Part shown: in pieces, positions 7,929-17,893 of the stretch
How positions within the stretch are numbered: position 1 is the first letter of the stretch
Layout: every line of letters starts with the position of its first letter
Assembly: GCA_018715725.1 (NCBI GenBank)
Contig: DVLD01000012.1
Span: 113 to 64,112, forward strand
DNA length: 64,000 bases
Reading direction: 5' to 3'
Origin: Candidatus Aveggerthella excrementigallinarum
GTDB taxonomy: Bacteria > Actinomycetota > Coriobacteriia > Coriobacteriales > Eggerthellaceae
Position numbers and translations under genes: made by a program
The notes under the pieces: model-generated
Database searches by the model: none
What the model saw: only the letters and a program-made list of their open reading frames with translations
What the model was told of the DNA's origin: nothing

Positions 7929-9743
7929 TCAACCAGCGAAAGGCTCCTCGGCCGCGAACGTGCGCGCCAGCGCTTCGGCCGTGCGCAGGCCGTCGACGGC
8001 GGCGCTCATGATGCCGCCCGCGTAGCCAGCGCCCTCTCCGCAGGGATAGACCCCGCTCGGGCGCCCCGCACCCGGCATCCACGCCTGACGATCGTCCTCG
8101 CGCAGGATGCGCACCGGACTGGAGCTGCGCGTCTCGGCGCCCGTCATGACCGCCTGCGGGTGGGCGAAGCCGGCAAGCTTGCGGTCGAGCAGTGGCAATG
8201 CCTCCGCCAGCGCATCGCACACGAACGGCGGCAGCACCTCGCGCAGGCTGCACCAGGCGACACCGCGCGCGTACGTGGGCTCAACGAGCGACGACGCCAT
8301 GGAGCCGGGCTCGCCGGCGCGGGCGCTCTCGTTTACCCCGCCCTCCGTCGCACCGCCCTGCGCGCACGCCGCCACGTCGGCCGTCGCGCACGCGGCCGTC
8401 TCGCCGCCGCGCGCCTCGGCCAGGAAGCCCCCGACCGTTTGCGCGGGCGCGCGGTACGCGGCGTCAGCCTCGTTCACCCCCGCCCGCAGCGCCGCCTCGC
8501 GCGCCGCGCGGTACGCCGCGCGCTCGATGCGTCGCTGGAAGTCCACGCCCGCAAGCGGGCCCGCACCGCCAAAGTCCTCTGGGTCGACGCCCACGAGCAC
8601 CGCGCTGTTGGCATTGCGCCCGTCGCGCGCGAAGTTGCTCATGCCGTTCACGACCACGCCGCCTTCTTCGCTGGCAGCGCACACCACCTCACCGCCTGGG
8701 CACATGCAGAAGGTGTAGACGCCGCGCCCGTTAGGCAGGTGCACGGCAAGCTTGTACTCCGCCGCGCCGAGCGCCGGGTGCGCGGCGGCGGAGCCCCATT
8801 GCGCCCGATTCACCAGCTCTTGCGGATGCTCGATGCGCACGCCCACGGAGAACGGCTTCGGCTCAAGCGCGAACCCGGCATGCTGCAGCAGCTCGAACAC
8901 GTCGCGCGCCGAGTGGCCGCACGCCACGATGACCTGCCGCGCTGGCAGCTCTTCCTGCGCGCCCGTGCGCGCGTCCTCGACCATCACGGCCGTTGCGCAC
9001 CCCGCCTCGGTGCGGATGCCGCGCACGCGCGCATGGAAGCGCACGTCGCCGCCGCGCGCTTCGATCTCTTGGCGAATGGACGCCACCACGCTCGGCAGCC
9101 GGTCGCTGCCGATGTGCGGGTGCGCCTGCCAGAGAATCTCCTCCGGAGCGCCGGCGTCCGCGAAGATGCGCAGCACGTGCTTCGTGTAGGGATTCTTCGC
9201 GTTCGTGGTCAGCTTGCCGTCGGAGAACGTGCCCGCACCGCCTTCGCCGAACTGGACGTTCGAATCGGGGTCCAGAACGCCCTGCCTCTGGAACGCTTCA
9301 ACATCGCGCGCGCGCTCGTCGACGCGCGCGCCGCGTTCGAGCACGAGCGGGCGCAGCCCCGCGCGCGCCAGGTACAGCCCGGCGAACAGCCCCGCCGGCC
9401 CCGCGCCCACCACGATGGGGCGCACGAACGCCGGACTTGCCGCCGCGGCAGTGCAGTCGGGAATGGGCAGCGGCTCGTAGGGTGTACGCGCTTTCACGTT
9501 CTTGACGCCCGCCGCAAGCACGCGCTCCTCGGCTTGCGTCCCGCCAGCAAGCTCCACCCCCAGCGTGGCGACGAAGTGGACGTCGCGCTTCTTGCGCGCG
9601 TCGACACTGCGCTTGAGCGTGCGGACCGCCGTCACCTCGCGCGCGGGCACGCCGAGCGCTTTCGCCGCCGCCTTGCGCACAAGGCGGGCACCCTCCGGCA
9701 TGCCGGCATCAAGCGGCAAGCGTACGTTCGCAATCTCGAGCAT
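7929..9743 (-). CDS. FAD-dependent oxidoreductase (COG2509-like)
   Basis: GAGPAG, NVQFGEGGAGTFSDGKL, HPHIGSD, TFCMCPGG, ETRSSSP and GEGAGYAGGIMSAAVDG motifs. Confidence 0.9.
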   Translation of the reverse strand: MLEIANVRLPLDAGMPEGARLVRKAAAKALGVPAREVTAVRTLKRSVDARKKRDVHFVATLGVELAGGTQAEERVLAAGVKNVKARTPYEPLPIPDCTAAAASPAFVRPIVVGAGPAGLFAGLYLARAGLRPLVLERGARVDERARDVEAFQRQGVLDPDSNVQFGEGGAGTFSDGKLTTNAKNPYTKHVLRIFADAGAPEEILWQAHPHIGSDRLPSVVASIRQEIEARGGDVRFHARVRGIRTEAGCATAVMVEDARTGAQEELPARQVIVACGHSARDVFELLQHAGFALEPKPFSVGVRIEHPQELVNRAQWGSAAAHPALGAAEYKLAVHLPNGRGVYTFCMCPGGEVVCAASEEGGVVVNGMSNFARDGRNANSAVLVGVDPEDFGGAGPLAGVDFQRRIERAAYRAAREAALRAGVNEADAAYRAPAQTVGGFLAEARGGETAACATADVAACAQGGATEGGVNESARAGEPGSMASSLVEPTYARGVAWCSLREVLPPFVCDALAEALPLLDRKLAGFAHPQAVMTGAETRSSSPVRILREDDRQAWMPGAGRPSGVYPCGEGAGYAGGIMSAAVDGLRTAEALARTFAAEEPFAG

Positions 9744-9774
9744 GACGCTCCTCCTTCACTGCGGCACGCGCCGC

Positions 9775-11145
9775 CTACTCGCCTTCGTGGGAAACGCTGC
9801 CGGGGCGCGGCGCGCCTGCGCGCTCTCCCGCGCCCTGGGCCGCGACCGATGTGCCCGCCACGCGACCGGCGAGCATACCCGAGGTCCATGCCCAGTGCAG
9901 GTTGAAACCGCCGCACGCCGCGTCCACATCAAGCGCTTCGCCCGCCGCGTACAGGCCTGGAACCGCGCTTGCTTCGAGCGTCATGCTGCTGAACCCGCGC
10001 ACGTCCAACCCTCCGCGGGTAACCTGGCATTGCTTCGCGTCGCCCCCGCCGCGCACCGTGACAGCGAAGCGCTTGAGCGCCCCGGCGAGCGCGCCAAGGT
10101 CATCCCGGCGCGCCGGAGCGGACGGGTCCCTGTTCGCCTGCGCGAGCACGCAACGTGCCACCTGCGGAAGCAGCATGCCGCACGTGATGTCGAGCAGCGT
10201 AGGGCGCCACCGCCCCGCCCCGCCATGGGAGAGCACCCCGCGATCCCAACGCTGTTCCAAGCACGACCGCAGCTCGCATTCGCGAATCCACGGGATGAAA
10301 TCGAACACGACGCGGTCGCCGGGCTCCGCATGGCGCGACACGTCGAACGCGGCAATGCCCGAGATGCCGTAATCGCGGAACAGGACCTCGCCCTCCTCGC
10401 GCGCTTTCACGCCGCCTTCGGGCGACTCGAGCGCGATGGCGCACTGCACGCGAACGTTGTTGAGCCCTTTGATGGGCGCCGTGTCGGTGCGCAGCGGGCC
10501 CAAGACGGGACGCTGCCTCACGAACGCAAGTTCCTCCGGCGCAAGCGCGCGGGCGATATGCCCGCCGCATGCAAGCACGACCGCGTCGGCGAACGCCGGC
10601 TCGCCCTCGGCGAAGTCGATGCGGAAGCGCCCGGCCGCTCCCTTCGCGCCGCCGGCGAGCGGGCGCACCCTCACGGCTCGATGCCCGCAGCGCTCTTCCA
10701 CGCCATACGACGCGAGCGCCTGGCGCAGGACGTCCACGACGGTGGTCGCCTTGTTCGTGAGCGGGTACAGACGGCCGTCCTCTTCGCGCCGCAGCATCCC
10801 GAGGCGCGCAAAGAAGTCCGTCACGGCGTGCGGGCCGTCGAACGCGCGCGCATCGGACTCGAAATCGCGCACGTCGGACTCGAGACTGCGCGCATCAAGC
10901 TCGATCTCGCGCGCGTACAGCTTCTCCTGCGCCGCCAGGACAGATGCGACGAACGGCGCGTTGCGGTAGTCGCCGTCCGCGGGATTGGCGTTCGAGAAAT
11001 TGCAACGCCCGTTGCCCGTGGCCAGAATGGGCTTTCCCACGCGGTCTACCGCCTCGAACAGCAGCACCTCGGCGCCCGCGCGCGCCGCCTCGGTAGCAGC
11101 CGCCAAACCCGATGCCCCGCCGCCGATGATGGCAACCGTTCCCAT
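9775..11145 (-). CDS. HI0933/BaiN-family (aminoacetone oxidase-like) flavoprotein
   Basis: IIGGGASG, GKPILATGNGRCNFSN, QVTRGG and GEALDVDAACGGFNL motifs; TGCTATCAT -10 at 11180-11188. Confidence 0.9.
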   Translation of the reverse strand: MGTVAIIGGGASGLAAATEAARAGAEVLLFEAVDRVGKPILATGNGRCNFSNANPADGDYRNAPFVASVLAAQEKLYAREIELDARSLESDVRDFESDARAFDGPHAVTDFFARLGMLRREEDGRLYPLTNKATTVVDVLRQALASYGVEERCGHRAVRVRPLAGGAKGAAGRFRIDFAEGEPAFADAVVLACGGHIARALAPEELAFVRQRPVLGPLRTDTAPIKGLNNVRVQCAIALESPEGGVKAREEGEVLFRDYGISGIAAFDVSRHAEPGDRVVFDFIPWIRECELRSCLEQRWDRGVLSHGGAGRWRPTLLDITCGMLLPQVARCVLAQANRDPSAPARRDDLGALAGALKRFAVTVRGGGDAKQCQVTRGGLDVRGFSSMTLEASAVPGLYAAGEALDVDAACGGFNLHWAWTSGMLAGRVAGTSVAAQGAGERAGAPRPGSVSHEGE

Positions 11146-11265
11146 GCCGCCCCTTCCGCTCTCGTTTTTCCGTTTGCCCATGATAGCAAACGGGGCCTCG
11201 GTCACCCGAAGCCCCGTCGCTCGCGCATGCGATGTCCGCGATGTTCGCCGCCCGGAACGCTGCCG

Positions 11266-11646
11266 TTAGACGGTCGCCTTCCACAGGCCGTGCAGGTTGC
11301 AGTACTCGTAGACCGCCACGATCTCGTCGCCCTCGGCCAGGGCGAAATCGGCCTTCGGCTCGTCGGTCGGAGCAAGCTCGGCAATCTGGTAGCCGTTCTT
11401 CGTCTCGAGCACGATGAAGGAGATCTGGTGCTCCTCGGTCATGGGATGAGCGACCTCGCCGACGACCACGTGGACGGCAGAGCCTTCCACGGTGACAACC
11501 GGGACGTGCTTCTCGACCGCAGCGTCGACGGTGTTAGCGGTAAGCTCGGTCATCTTCTCGCCGCAGCACATCAGCGGCACGCCCTTGTCGTAGGGCTTCA
11601 CGGCAACGTTGCCGCAGTGGTTGCACTGGTAGAACTTCAGAGCCAT
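11266..11646 (-). CDS. dfx: Desulfoferrodoxin (2Fe superoxide reductase)
   Basis: CxxC...CCG desulforedoxin centre, EKHVP, HPMTEEH, CNLHGLW. Confidence 0.95.
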   Translation of the reverse strand: MALKFYQCNHCGNVAVKPYDKGVPLMCCGEKMTELTANTVDAAVEKHVPVVTVEGSAVHVVVGEVAHPMTEEHQISFIVLETKNGYQIAELAPTDEPKADFALAEGDEIVAVYEYCNLHGLWKATV

Positions 11647-11712
11647 GGGAGACTCCCTTCCGGCCTTTCAGCCTCTCGCCTTTGTTTCGTATCAAATGAT
11701 ACTACGAGAGTA

Positions 11713-12531
11713 TCATTCATCAAGCCCCTTTTGCGGCAATTTCGTCCGAACGGCATACGCAAGCACGCCAACGCCCACCAGCACGAGCGGCACCGAGAGC
11801 AACTGCCCCATGGTGAGCCACCCGCCCCACAGATAGCCCAGCTGCGCGTCGGGCTCGCGCACGAACTCGACGAGGAAGCGGAACGTGCCGTACATGACGA
11901 GGAACGCGCCCAAAAACGTGCCACGCGGACGCGGCGGCACTTTGCGCGAGAGCGCGGAGAGCACGAGGAAGATGACGACGCCCTCGAGCAGCGCCTCGTA
12001 GAGCTGCGAGGGATGGCGCGGCATGCTGCCGGCAGCGCCGCCGAAGACCACGCCCCACGGCAGGTCGGTCGGCGCGCCCCAAAGCTCGCCGTTCACGAAA
12101 TTGGCGCACCGGCCGAAGAACAGGCCGATAGGAGCCGCGATGCAGCCCAAGTCCGCCAGCGTCAGGTACGGCACGTGCGCGATGCGCGCCGCCACGATAC
12201 CGCCAAGCAGCGCGCCCATGAGCCCGCCATGGAAACTCATGCCGCCGTGGTTGAGCGCGAGAATCTCTGCCGGGTGCTGCAGGTAATACCCCTCGCCATA
12301 GAACAGGACATAGCCGAGACGCCCGCCCAGGATAACGCCGAGCATAGCGCAGATCATGACCGTGAGCAGGGTGTCCACGTCCAAGCGCACCTTCCATCGG
12401 CGCGCCGTGAAGTACAGCACAAGCGCGGCGCACACGAAGCCGAGCACGTACGCAAGACCGTACCAGCGCACGGTCAGAGGCCCGAGCGAGAGCGCGATCG
12501 GGTCAAGCTGTTGGTATATCTCGTTGAGCAC
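11713..12531 (-). CDS. lgt: Prolipoprotein diacylglyceryl transferase
   Basis: RWYG, GGRLGYV, GGMSFHGG, GRCANFVNGELWG, HPSQLYE and RFLVEFVREPD motifs; GTG start assumed. Confidence 0.95.
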   Translation of the reverse strand: MLNEIYQQLDPIALSLGPLTVRWYGLAYVLGFVCAALVLYFTARRWKVRLDVDTLLTVMICAMLGVILGGRLGYVLFYGEGYYLQHPAEILALNHGGMSFHGGLMGALLGGIVAARIAHVPYLTLADLGCIAAPIGLFFGRCANFVNGELWGAPTDLPWGVVFGGAAGSMPRHPSQLYEALLEGVVIFLVLSALSRKVPPRPRGTFLGAFLVMYGTFRFLVEFVREPDAQLGYLWGGWLTMGQLLSVPLVLVGVGVLAYAVRTKLPQKGLDE

Positions 12532-12591
12532 AGGGATTCCTCGCGACAATCTCCATCAGGGCAGGAGCCGCTTGCGCCACGGCGGCGGGAG

Positions 12592-12810
12592 CTACTCGCA
12601 GCCCATGCCGGCGCCGGTCTCGATGGCGGCAAAGCGGACTTCTTCGCGCAGGGAGGACGGGATGTTCGCAAGCGACGAGACCGACGTGCCGCACCCCGGA
12701 CAACGCAGCGTGAACAGCGCCACGTCGGCGCTCAGCACCATCATGGAATCGTATGTGGTCAGGTCGAAGCGGGTCTCTCCGCAATTCGGGCATTTCATGA
12801 TCTTGCCCAT
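12592..12810 (-). CDS. Small zinc-ribbon protein (72 aa)
   Basis: CPNC and CPGC pairs, AGGGAG RBS, TGCTACACT -10 at 12846-12854. Confidence 0.75.
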   Translation of the reverse strand: MGKIMKCPNCGETRFDLTTYDSMMVLSADVALFTLRCPGCGTSVSSLANIPSSLREEVRFAAIETGAGMGCE

Positions 12811-12969
12811 CGCTGCTCCCTTGTTCGTAAGCGAAGCTTTGCCCCAGTGTAGCACAAGCCTTTTGCGGCGCAGCGGCGGCCGGACGTCAGACGGCGCTGC
12901 GACGGCGCGGCATCGGCCCCTTGCCCGCACGAAGGCAAGCCATCGCAGCAAACGGCCCTTCGAAACCGA

Positions 12970-13257
12970 TTACAGCAGAAAGCGGTTCGGGTTGCCCTGG
13001 CGCTTCGGAACCTCCACCTCGCCCACCTTCGGCCCGTGCTCGAGGAAGAACTCGCAGAAATGGCATACCTCCTTGACCGCGGCGTTGTATTCGCGCTCGG
13101 GGTTCAGCAGCACGACCGGGTCGGTGGCGACCGCGTGCGTCGGGCGTAGGCAGGCGGCGAACTGGCAGTCTGCCGGGCACGGCTCGCCCGGAATATTGTG
13201 CGGGCAGTACGATTGCATCTCTTCGTCGCATCCGCGCATTTCCCAGCATTTCGGCAT
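12970..13257 (-). CDS. Small Cys-rich protein (95 aa, KCWE..GC start)
   Basis: AAGGAGG RBS; eight Cys including a terminal CxxC. Confidence 0.75.
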   Translation of the reverse strand: MPKCWEMRGCDEEMQSYCPHNIPGEPCPADCQFAACLRPTHAVATDPVVLLNPEREYNAAVKEVCHFCEFFLEHGPKVGEVEVPKRQGNPNRFLL

Positions 13258-13452
13258 CTCAGGCCTCCTTGGCTACTCGTTCTCGTCACTGCGCCTTGCG
13301 CGCAAGGACAGGCGGTCGGAATCCGCGCCGGCCAGCATCGTTGCCGCCGCACAACGCACGAAGGCCGACGGCGCCACGCGCCTGCCGGCCTTCGCTGCAT
13401 GCTTGCTTGTACGCTCGCTGCCTTGGGTGCGGATCGGGATTGCCCCGCGCGC

Positions 13453-13686
13453 TTACATGCTCGCCGGGACGACGCTCGTCACGCCCGGGACGCGCTCCTT
13501 GAGGATGCGCTCGACGCCGTTCGCCAGCGTCATCTGGGACATCGGGCAGCCCTTGCACGCGCCCTGCAGCTCCACCGTGACCACGCCGTTCTCGTCAACG
13601 TCGATGAGCTTCACATCGCCGCCGTCAGCCTGCAGGCTGGGACGGATGAGTTCGAGCACGGCAGCAACGTCGGTTTTCTCGACCAT
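13453..13686 (-). CDS. NifU/NfuA-type Fe-S carrier (NifU C-terminal domain)
   Basis: IRPSLQADGGDV and LQGACKGCP motifs; AAAGGAG RBS; TGGTATCAT -10 at 13721-13729. Confidence 0.92.
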   Translation of the reverse strand: MVEKTDVAAVLELIRPSLQADGGDVKLIDVDENGVVTVELQGACKGCPMSQMTLANGVERILKERVPGVTSVVPASM

Positions 13687-13745
13687 AGTGACTCCTTTGT
13701 TTGTCTGTCTTTCGCGGGGCATGATACCACACGCCCGCGCGATGA

Positions 13746-15239
13746 CTACGCCGTGGGCAGGTAATCTCGGCCGATCATCACCAAGACGTCGGAATCGAAA
13801 GAATAGTAAGCGCTCGCGTTCGTGATGCGACCCGTCCCCATGGCGTCCACGACCGCCTGCGCGCACGCTTCCTTCGCATCGTCCTTGTAGATGACGAGCG
13901 TCTCTTCGTACACCTGACTGTCGGCGTTGCCGGTGTCCGTGACCTGGAAGCCTTGCTCCGTCAGGATGGAGGCGAAGTTCGCCGCAGCGCCCGTGATGCC
14001 GCCGCCGTTGCGCACGATAATCGTGAAGCTGGCGGGATCAACCCCTGACGTGTCGACGCCGGAGGACGCCTCGACCGTGCCGTTGTTCTTGAAGGAGTCA
14101 AGCGCCGTGCTCCACGAGGACGACTCCGTGAACTCCGTTTGGCCTTCGTTGTTCGTGGACACGTAGCCCGGCAGCTGCACCTTCGCCACCGACGAGACGT
14201 CCATGCCGCGCAGCGCTTCGACGAGCGCAGTGATATCGGACGCCTTCCAGTCCGTCTTCACGGAGCCGGAAAGCGCCTCGACCACGCCCGGCAGGCCTGT
14301 CGTGCCAGCATCGAAGACCTTCTGCGCGAGCGCCGTCATGATGTCGAGCTGCGCCTCTTGACGCTGGATGGTGCTGTCGGCGTAGTTGCGCGCGCGAGCG
14401 TAGACGAGCGCCTGCTCGCCCGAAAGCGTCTGCTCGCCCGCGGGGATGTAGATGCTGCCAGCGTACGGGTCGTCCACCTCTTCGGGCACGTTGACCGTGA
14501 TGCCGCCGACCGCGTCCACCAGGCGCACGAAAGCCTCGGCGTCGACCCGCACATAATGCGCAATGTCCACGCCCGCAAGCTGCGCGGCGGCCTTGATGAG
14601 CGCCGCGCAGCCGCCGTTCTCGCACGTTTTGGAGAGGAACGTCTCGCTGCTGCCCGACCCTACCACCACGTTGGGCGGCAGCGACGCCAGCGAGACCTGC
14701 TTGCTCGCCGTGTCCACGCGCGCCAGGGCGAGCGCGTCGGCGTCCTCTTGGCCGCCTTGCTCGCTGAAGAAGCCCGCCACGAGCACGTAGTACGGCTGGT
14801 CCGCCGTCGGCGCGACCAGGGCGGCCCGCGCCTCGGGGTCGTCAAGGCTCATGTTGGAGCTCACGGAGTTCACGTACGTGAAGCCCGCGACGGCGGCGAC
14901 GGCGACGGCGATAACCACCAGAATGCCCACGATGAGCCCCACGCGCTGGAAGCGGTCACGCCGCATGGCGCGCTTGCTGAAATCAAGCTGGGCAACGCGG
15001 CGGGAATAAGCGCGCGCGTCCTCGCCCGACCTGGTGTTGGGCGTGACGACGTCGATCAGGCCGCTGTTGGCGCGAGCGCTCTTTCGACGGCTCGAGAAAT
15101 TAATGTCGTTGCCATAGCCTTTCGCATGACGAGCGTGCAGCGAGCCGCCCGCGTGCGACCCGAGAGTGGAACGGTTCACATCGCGCGAGATGCGGCGCGA
15201 ATGCTCGCGCATGCGACGGTTTTGAGAATCACCGAACAT
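13746..15239 (-). CDS. LCP (LytR-CpsA-Psr) family protein with C-terminal LytR_C domain
   Basis: Basic cytoplasmic N-terminus, one TM, LVDAVGGITV, GEQALVYARAR, C-terminal VRNGGGITGAA...DVLVMIGRDY. Confidence 0.85.
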   Translation of the reverse strand: MFGDSQNRRMREHSRRISRDVNRSTLGSHAGGSLHARHAKGYGNDINFSSRRKSARANSGLIDVVTPNTRSGEDARAYSRRVAQLDFSKRAMRRDRFQRVGLIVGILVVIAVAVAAVAGFTYVNSVSSNMSLDDPEARAALVAPTADQPYYVLVAGFFSEQGGQEDADALALARVDTASKQVSLASLPPNVVVGSGSSETFLSKTCENGGCAALIKAAAQLAGVDIAHYVRVDAEAFVRLVDAVGGITVNVPEEVDDPYAGSIYIPAGEQTLSGEQALVYARARNYADSTIQRQEAQLDIMTALAQKVFDAGTTGLPGVVEALSGSVKTDWKASDITALVEALRGMDVSSVAKVQLPGYVSTNNEGQTEFTESSSWSTALDSFKNNGTVEASSGVDTSGVDPASFTIIVRNGGGITGAAANFASILTEQGFQVTDTGNADSQVYEETLVIYKDDAKEACAQAVVDAMGTGRITNASAYYSFDSDVLVMIGRDYLPTA

Positions 15240-15250
15240 GGACGGCTCCG

Positions 15251-16522
15251 CTATTCGACGACGACGCGCTCGACGTCGGCGCCCAAGGCGCACAGTTTGC
15301 CCACGTAGTCTTCGTAGCCACGGTCGATATGGCTGATCTTGTGAATCTTCGTCTCGCCCTCCGCCACGATGCCGGCGAGCACGAGCGCCGCACCGCCGCG
15401 CAGGTCAGTGGACTTGACCGGCGCGCCTTGCAGGCCCCTCACCCCGCGCACGAGCGCGTGGTGGTCTTCCAGCGAGATATCGGCGCCCATGCGCGTAAGC
15501 TCCGCCGCGAACATGAAGCGGTTCTCGAACACATTCTCCGTAATGACGGAGACGCCGTCAGCCAGGGCCGCCAGCAGCATGTACTGCGCCTGCAAGTCCG
15601 TCGGAAAGCCGGGATGCGGCAGCGTCTGGATGTCCGTCGGAACGAGCGGGCGCTCGCGCTTGACGGTAATCCAGTCCTCGCCCGTCTCAACCTCGCAGCC
15701 CATGGCGGCAAGCTTCATAAGCGCCATGCGGAGGAACGAGGGATCGATGCCGCGCACCGTGAGCGGGCCGCCCGTGAGCGCGCCGCCCACCAGGAACGTG
15801 CCCGCCTCAATGCGGTCGCCCACCGTGGTGTGGTCGCACGGATGGAGCGTGTCGAAACCCACGCCGCGAATGCGAATCGTGGGCGTGCCCGCGCCCTGCA
15901 CGTCGGCGCCCATGCTGTTGAGCATGTTCGCCAAGTCCGCGATCTCGGGCTCGCACGCGGCGTTTTCGAGCACGGTGTCGCCCGTGGCCACGATAGCGGC
16001 CATCATGAGGTTTTCGGTGGCGCCAACGCTCGGGAACTCCAGGAACACTTGCGCACCGCGCAGGCCGTTGGGCGTGCGCGCCTCAAGATAGCCGTGGTCG
16101 ACCGAGAACTCGACGCCAAGGGCGTGCAGGCCCACGAGGTGCATGTCGATCTTGCGCTCGCCAATCTGGCAACCGCCCGGCATGGCCACGCGCGCCTGGC
16201 CGAAGCGAGCGATCAGCGGACCGAGGACCGAGATGCTCGCGCGCATCTTGGAGACGAGTTCGTAGGGGGTTTCGCACTTATCGACGTTCGTGGTGTCGAT
16301 GGTAAGGGTATGGCCCTCGCGCTCGACCGTGGCGCCCAGGCAGCGCAGCACGTCCGACATGATGCGGATGTCCGAAATCATGGGAACGTTGCGAATGGTG
16401 GAGACGCCCTGGCCAAGAATGGAAGCAGCGAGCAGCTTCAGCGCGGAGTTCTTTGCGCCGGCAACCGTCACTTCGCCCGAAAGGGTGTTGTTGCCATGGA
16501 CGACGATGATTTCTTGGGACAT
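15251..16522 (-). CDS. murA: UDP-N-acetylglucosamine 1-carboxyvinyltransferase
   Basis: GAKNS, MRAS, PGGCQIG, SVGATEN, PGFPTDLQ, DLRGG and HIDRGYE motifs. Confidence 0.97.
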   Translation of the reverse strand: MSQEIIVVHGNNTLSGEVTVAGAKNSALKLLAASILGQGVSTIRNVPMISDIRIMSDVLRCLGATVEREGHTLTIDTTNVDKCETPYELVSKMRASISVLGPLIARFGQARVAMPGGCQIGERKIDMHLVGLHALGVEFSVDHGYLEARTPNGLRGAQVFLEFPSVGATENLMMAAIVATGDTVLENAACEPEIADLANMLNSMGADVQGAGTPTIRIRGVGFDTLHPCDHTTVGDRIEAGTFLVGGALTGGPLTVRGIDPSFLRMALMKLAAMGCEVETGEDWITVKRERPLVPTDIQTLPHPGFPTDLQAQYMLLAALADGVSVITENVFENRFMFAAELTRMGADISLEDHHALVRGVRGLQGAPVKSTDLRGGAALVLAGIVAEGETKIHKISHIDRGYEDYVGKLCALGADVERVVVE

Positions 16523-16582
16523 GTATGCCGCCTCCTTGCTCGGTGCGAGCTGCTATCGATGTGAGGTTTGTTGCGAACACCG

Positions 16583-16588
16583 ATTATA
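16583..16588 (-). promoter_or_regulatory. Consensus -10 (TATAAT) for murA
   Basis: Perfect TATAAT about 60 nt upstream of the murA ATG in a high-GC background. Confidence 0.55.
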
Positions 16589-16757
16589 AAGCGCGCGTCA
16601 CACCCCGCCAACTTCCCACACCTTGCTCAACGCGTCTTCACAACTGCGCTCATAAGGCGTGGATTCCGGGCGGGCGGCGTGCCGTGCGCCCGCCCGGAGT
16701 CCCTGCACGCTTCCGCAGGTTGCACGCGAGACCGCACAGGTCGTTCGCAACGACAGC

Positions 16758-16821
16758 GAGGGGCGTTCTGATGGAGGGACGTCCTGATGGAGGGACGTTC
16801 TGATGGAGGGGCGTTCTGATG
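16758..16821. repeat. Four tandem 16-bp repeats GAGGGRCGTYCTGATG
   Basis: Copies at 16758, 16774, 16790 and 16806; inverted copy CATCAGAACGCCCC at 16895-16908. Confidence 0.9.
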
Positions 16822-16835
16822 CGCCGGATGGGCAT

Positions 16836-16875
16836 GAAAAAGGGCCATGGCTGGACATTGGTCCGCCATGGCCCT
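16836..16875 (-). terminator. Intrinsic terminator of rpsB-tsf
   Basis: Stem AGGGCCATGGC/GCCATGGCCCT followed by a T-run on the minus strand. Confidence 0.75.
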
Positions 16876-16951
16876 CTTGAATGGCTCGATGGGGCATCAG
16901 AACGCCCCGCAGCGTCAAGCCGTTTCGCCGGCCGGAAGCCGGCGAAGCAAA

Positions 16952-17812
16952 CTACTCGCCCATCACGAAGCGAGCGAAGCCCTCCACCTTGATGGTGCCG
17001 CCAAGCTCCTTGGCAACGCCGTCAACGTACTCGGAGATGGTCTGATCCGGGTTCTTGACGAACTCCTGCTCGGTCAGGACGCTCTCCTTGAAGAACTTCT
17101 CCAAACGACCGGTGGCGATCTTCTCCTGGATGGCCTCCGGCTTGCCGGACTCGGCGGCCTGAGCCTTGTAGATGCTCATCTCATGCTCGATGACGGCCGG
17201 GTCGACGGACTCGCGGTTCGCGGCCACCGGAGCGGCAGCGGCAACCTGCATGGCGACGTCATGGCCGCAGGTCTTGAACGCCTCGGCGGTCGGGTCGATG
17301 CCCTCAAGGCCGAACTGCACCAGAACGCCGATCTTGCCGCCGCCATGGATGTAGGAAGCGATGGCGTCGGCCTCGACGACCTGGAAGCGAGCGAGTTCGG
17401 TGTTCTCGCCCATCACGTGGATGGCGTCGGTCACGATGGCCTCGACGGTCTCGCCGTCAATCTCGGAAGCCTTGAGAGCGTCCAGGTCGGCCGGCTTGTT
17501 GGCCAGCGCGGCGCGGGCGATCTTCTCGGCATAGCCCTTGAACTTCTCGTTCATGGAGACGAAGTCAGTCTCGCAGTTCAGCTCGACGAGGGCGCCGGTC
17601 TTGCCGTCCTCGGAAACGAGCGCCATGACGGTGCCTTCGTTGGTGGCACGGCCGGCCTTCTTGGCAACGGCGGCCAGACCGCGGGTGCGCAGGACGTCGA
17701 CGGCCTTGTCCAGGTCGCCTTCGGCCTCGACGAGGGCCTTCTTGCACTCCATCATGCCAGCGCCGGTCATTTCGCGGAGTTCCTTGACGAGAGCTGCGGT
17801 GATTTCAGCCAT
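16952..17812 (-). CDS. tsf: Elongation factor Ts
   Basis: ITAALVKELREMTGAGMMECKKAL, ELNCETDFV and VAMQVAA motifs. Confidence 0.98.
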   Translation of the reverse strand: MAEITAALVKELREMTGAGMMECKKALVEAEGDLDKAVDVLRTRGLAAVAKKAGRATNEGTVMALVSEDGKTGALVELNCETDFVSMNEKFKGYAEKIARAALANKPADLDALKASEIDGETVEAIVTDAIHVMGENTELARFQVVEADAIASYIHGGGKIGVLVQFGLEGIDPTAEAFKTCGHDVAMQVAAAAPVAANRESVDPAVIEHEMSIYKAQAAESGKPEAIQEKIATGRLEKFFKESVLTEQEFVKNPDQTISEYVDGVAKELGGTIKVEGFARFVMGE

Positions 17813-17893
17813 GTTCTTCCTTTCTGGAGAAGGGCGGCAGGCCCTTTTGCCCGTCGCCCTTTTTGCTGATCGGTATGACGTGTGCGCGATGCG

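Noticed and set aside
6234-12852. Very long plus-strand ORFs (6234..9905, 1223 aa; 9502..12852, 1116 aa)
   Set aside because: They are antisense shadows of well-supported minus-strand genes, Arg/Ala/Pro-rich with no motifs, as expected from stop-codon scarcity at high GC. The same applies to 50205..52811, 38781..40781, 34822..36798 and the minus-strand 43925..45991.
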